Shown here in pieces: positions 61,382 to 64,000 of a stretch of DNA of 64,000 bases. Numbering within the stretch: position 1 is the first letter of the stretch; the number at the start of each line of letters is the position of its first letter. The notes under the pieces were generated by a model. The model was not told the origin of the DNA. It searched no databases and saw only the letters and a program-made list of their open reading frames with translations. The stretch is from Lepidodermella squamata. Taxonomy: Eukaryota > Animalia > Gastrotricha. The DNA lies in the NCBI GenBank assembly GCA_047495785.1, contig JBLDXI010000015.1, positions 4,712,001-4,776,000 on the forward strand, in the 5' to 3' direction. A program made the translations under genes and the position numbers.

Positions 61382-62397
61382 TCAGTCGATACGCTTTTTA
61401 GCGGTTTGATGACTGTGTCCGTGACTGTGGCCATTACAACCTTGTTTCTTCTGCGTGTCTGAACTCGAAAAGTAAGCTTTTCGAAAATAATCGGCGAAGA
61501 GAACAAAATAACAGGCGTATATTCCGAGCGCTAGGAATATAGATTCATAGGCAGCATTGCATTCGACGCCCTTTAGACGGTACACCAGTGGAGCAATGTT
61601 GATGTAGCACCCAACAGCCTTTGCAACAAAGAACGAGTAAATTTTGATGTTATTATATGGGATATTTTTACCATTTGCAATATCTGAAGAGCAGTTATCG
61701 TCATTTGCATTGGCCTCGGAAGGATTATTTGCATTGAACGTAAGAAGTAGTACAAGTACATGATCGTGTGAATAAATGAATTCATGGCCGCATAATATAG
61801 CCTAAAAAAATAAAATTGAAATAAATTGACACAAATTTGGGTTATAACTTACGAATTTGGCGGTACCGGAGCAATACCGAGAGAGTACCAGCATAAAATT
61901 ACTACCGTACAATGATGGTACCAATGTAGAAAATGCTGAAATAATAAATTAAAATCTAAGAGCTCAAATCCTCATCTAAGGCTTACCAGAGGTTGCTTTC
62001 GAAGAACTATGAATAGCGTGTCGATGAATTCAATGGGTTTTGAAAGCACGAAGAGGTCGAGCCAGAAGACTAATGGGTCATTTTCGAATTCGGTAACGCA
62101 GACTTGCTGGTAGACCGGGCTCATGAATGCTCTCCGAAGAGAGTAACGCGCCAGGCGGACGCAAATAGTAGCGCTCAGCACAAACATGAAGGCGTTCCAC
62201 GTCGCTAGAGATCCACGGATAACAAACGGCTTGCGATTCGCCATGAATTTTCGGCCGAAATACACAAGGCCGAGGTAGATGGCGCCGAAAACAATTGACA
62301 AATATCGGTGGTCGACGGTCCATTGCCGGACTGAGTAGTGCGGGTAGGTTTTTTCGAAATCATACCACGCCGTCGCGTGTTTAGCTGCATCAGCCAT
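61382..62397 (-). CDS. Elongase (ELOVL3/6-like) D, multi-exon
   Basis: KPIEFIDTLFIVLRKQPL, FLHWYHH, MNSFIHTIMYLYY, ITALQILQM, C-terminal KKRID. Confidence 0.9.
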
Positions 62398-63274
62398 TCT
62401 CCAATAAACTTAATATGTCTAGAATTAGTAAAAATTCAAATTAGTCGAAGTAAATCTAGACAGCGCCTTCGGCACATCAGCTACTAACGACCGAATGTGG
62501 AGATCGTTAATTAAATCTCACGGCTGTTAAGTCGCACACCTGTGCTGTTATGCAACGCGGCAAATACGAGTTGCCAGCAGTAGGGGCGAGTGGGTGCGCA
62601 TCCGGCTGTTGCTTGTTGCCGAGAAAGCAGCCTAAACAAAATTTGTGGGTGTGCGCACGCGCGCGCGCAAAGAGAGCGAGCGCGCTGTGTTGATGGTTTT
62701 GAAAACACAGAAATATGCCTCATGTCAAGCGCGCGATCGTTGTTTGTTGTAGACTGTAGACACTAGTATAGTATAGTTTATCTGTATGGGTTTGCTCCCA
62801 AATGGACGAACGACGCTCACGCCGCTTCGATCGGCGCGTTATACTGCTGATGCTCACACGCGAACGGAGACCGCTTTAATAATAGAATTATGCTCCGAAA
62901 GCCATACGATAGTCGCCTCTGCTTTGCTTTTATTATTATTTACGTTCAGCCTCGGCTCTCAACTCAGCCCCATTGAAAACTGTATAGCCTCTTTCCCGGC
63001 ATAACTATGTTATCGTTATTTCAAGTCACTGCTGCGGCGAGTGAATGCGAAACGGCGGCGACGGCAATAAAACGATATTTACGCATTTATGATCAAAATG
63101 TCTCACACAAGCCGAAAAAATCGATTTTTTTACATTTATGAAATCATAATAAACAATGACTTTTATACACTCGGATCATCCTCTCATTGGGGTAAGCATT
63201 GCCATTGACCAAACAATTATAGCCCATATCAAGTTTCAAGCTGGCGATATAAAACACATAGCAATTGTCATCAT

Positions 63275-64000
63275 TCAAATGCCTGCGATCAAAAGGCATG
63301 ACGTTAGAAGAAGCACGGCAGTATGAAGAACAGGGTGACCGATATAAGCAGCTCCACTGACCAGGAAATACGGATTGTGGGTGCGGACGTTTTGATCTTC
63401 TAAGCGGCAAGTCGTTTTTGCTGCTTCAGTTGACATGAGCGAAAACACAGCGGCGGTTGAAACTGTTTTTGCGGCGGTAATCACTGGCTGTGCTGGAATC
63501 GGCGACTCGACCGAACCGGAAAATTGGATAGAAGAATTTGTCAAACGGTTGTAAAGATACATATTCGATTTGAAGGCAGCGCCGCCAATGGACACCAATC
63601 GAATCTGAACGAAAGAAGTCAATTTAAGAGCCATGCAAATTGAACACCGCAAACCTTATCAGTAGTGACGTGATAGTCAAATTCTCCACCATTGAAATGA
63701 AGACCCTTAAATTGAATTGTCGTAATTTCAGGGTGAGGCAAACTTGGGCGCAAAATGTCGAGTCGATTCGCTTCAATGCGTAAACCTCCGAAACCAAAAA
63801 TCAAAGCTTGTAGGAAGGACGAAGCTGAGCCAATGTGACCCGCGGCCGATACCGAAGTTCGATCCGTCAAATTACGCCAGATCTTTGAAAATACAAATAT
63901 TCAGGCCTTAAGTAGCATATAGATGAATATTCAACTCACGAAAAATGGCGATGACGCATACGTCATCCAAAGCTCGTTATTGAAAACCATTTGGCCGGTG
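63275..64000 (-). CDS. Second GH65 (PGGHG-like) paralog, 3' exons only (5' part beyond the window)
   Basis: IWRNLTDRTSVSAAGHIG...IFGFGGLRI...FKGLHF.GGEFDY and C.LEDQN...HNPY plus hydrophobic tail; clearly paralogous to 48128-51090. Confidence 0.85.

Overview
A gene-dense window from a compact animal genome. Most introns are GT-AG and about 45-60 nt, and several genes are intronless. In order: class I PI3K catalytic subunit (partial), F-box/LRR protein, a U6 snRNA sequence fused directly to a 5'-truncated but open RTEX-like non-LTR retrotransposon, and a second decayed copy of the same family. Next is an M1AP-like meiotic gene whose ORF is split by a 2.9-kb TA-flanked Tc1/mariner-type non-autonomous element carrying a 191-bp tandem array. 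Then EFHC1, B4GALT7, two CD225/dispanin-like genes around PDIA5, ZFAND5/6, an orphan membrane protein, TMEM50 and PPP6R/SAPS. A tightly packed same-strand SHPRH-MRPL58-TMEM216-vezatin run follows, with only 1 nt between the last two. The window ends in a mirror-image cluster: two GPI-tailed GH65 (PGGHG-like) genes enclosing four ELOVL elongases and a bacterial/viral-like putative glycosyltransferase, with an apparently intact hAT transposon inside one elongase intron. The most interesting leads are the U6/RTEX junction (chimeric retrocopy or U6-targeted LINE family), the transposon-split M1AP, the TMEM216-VEZT stop/start junction and the GH65/ELOVL/GT cluster. All calls come from reading motifs by eye with no database search, and exon boundaries are approximate.
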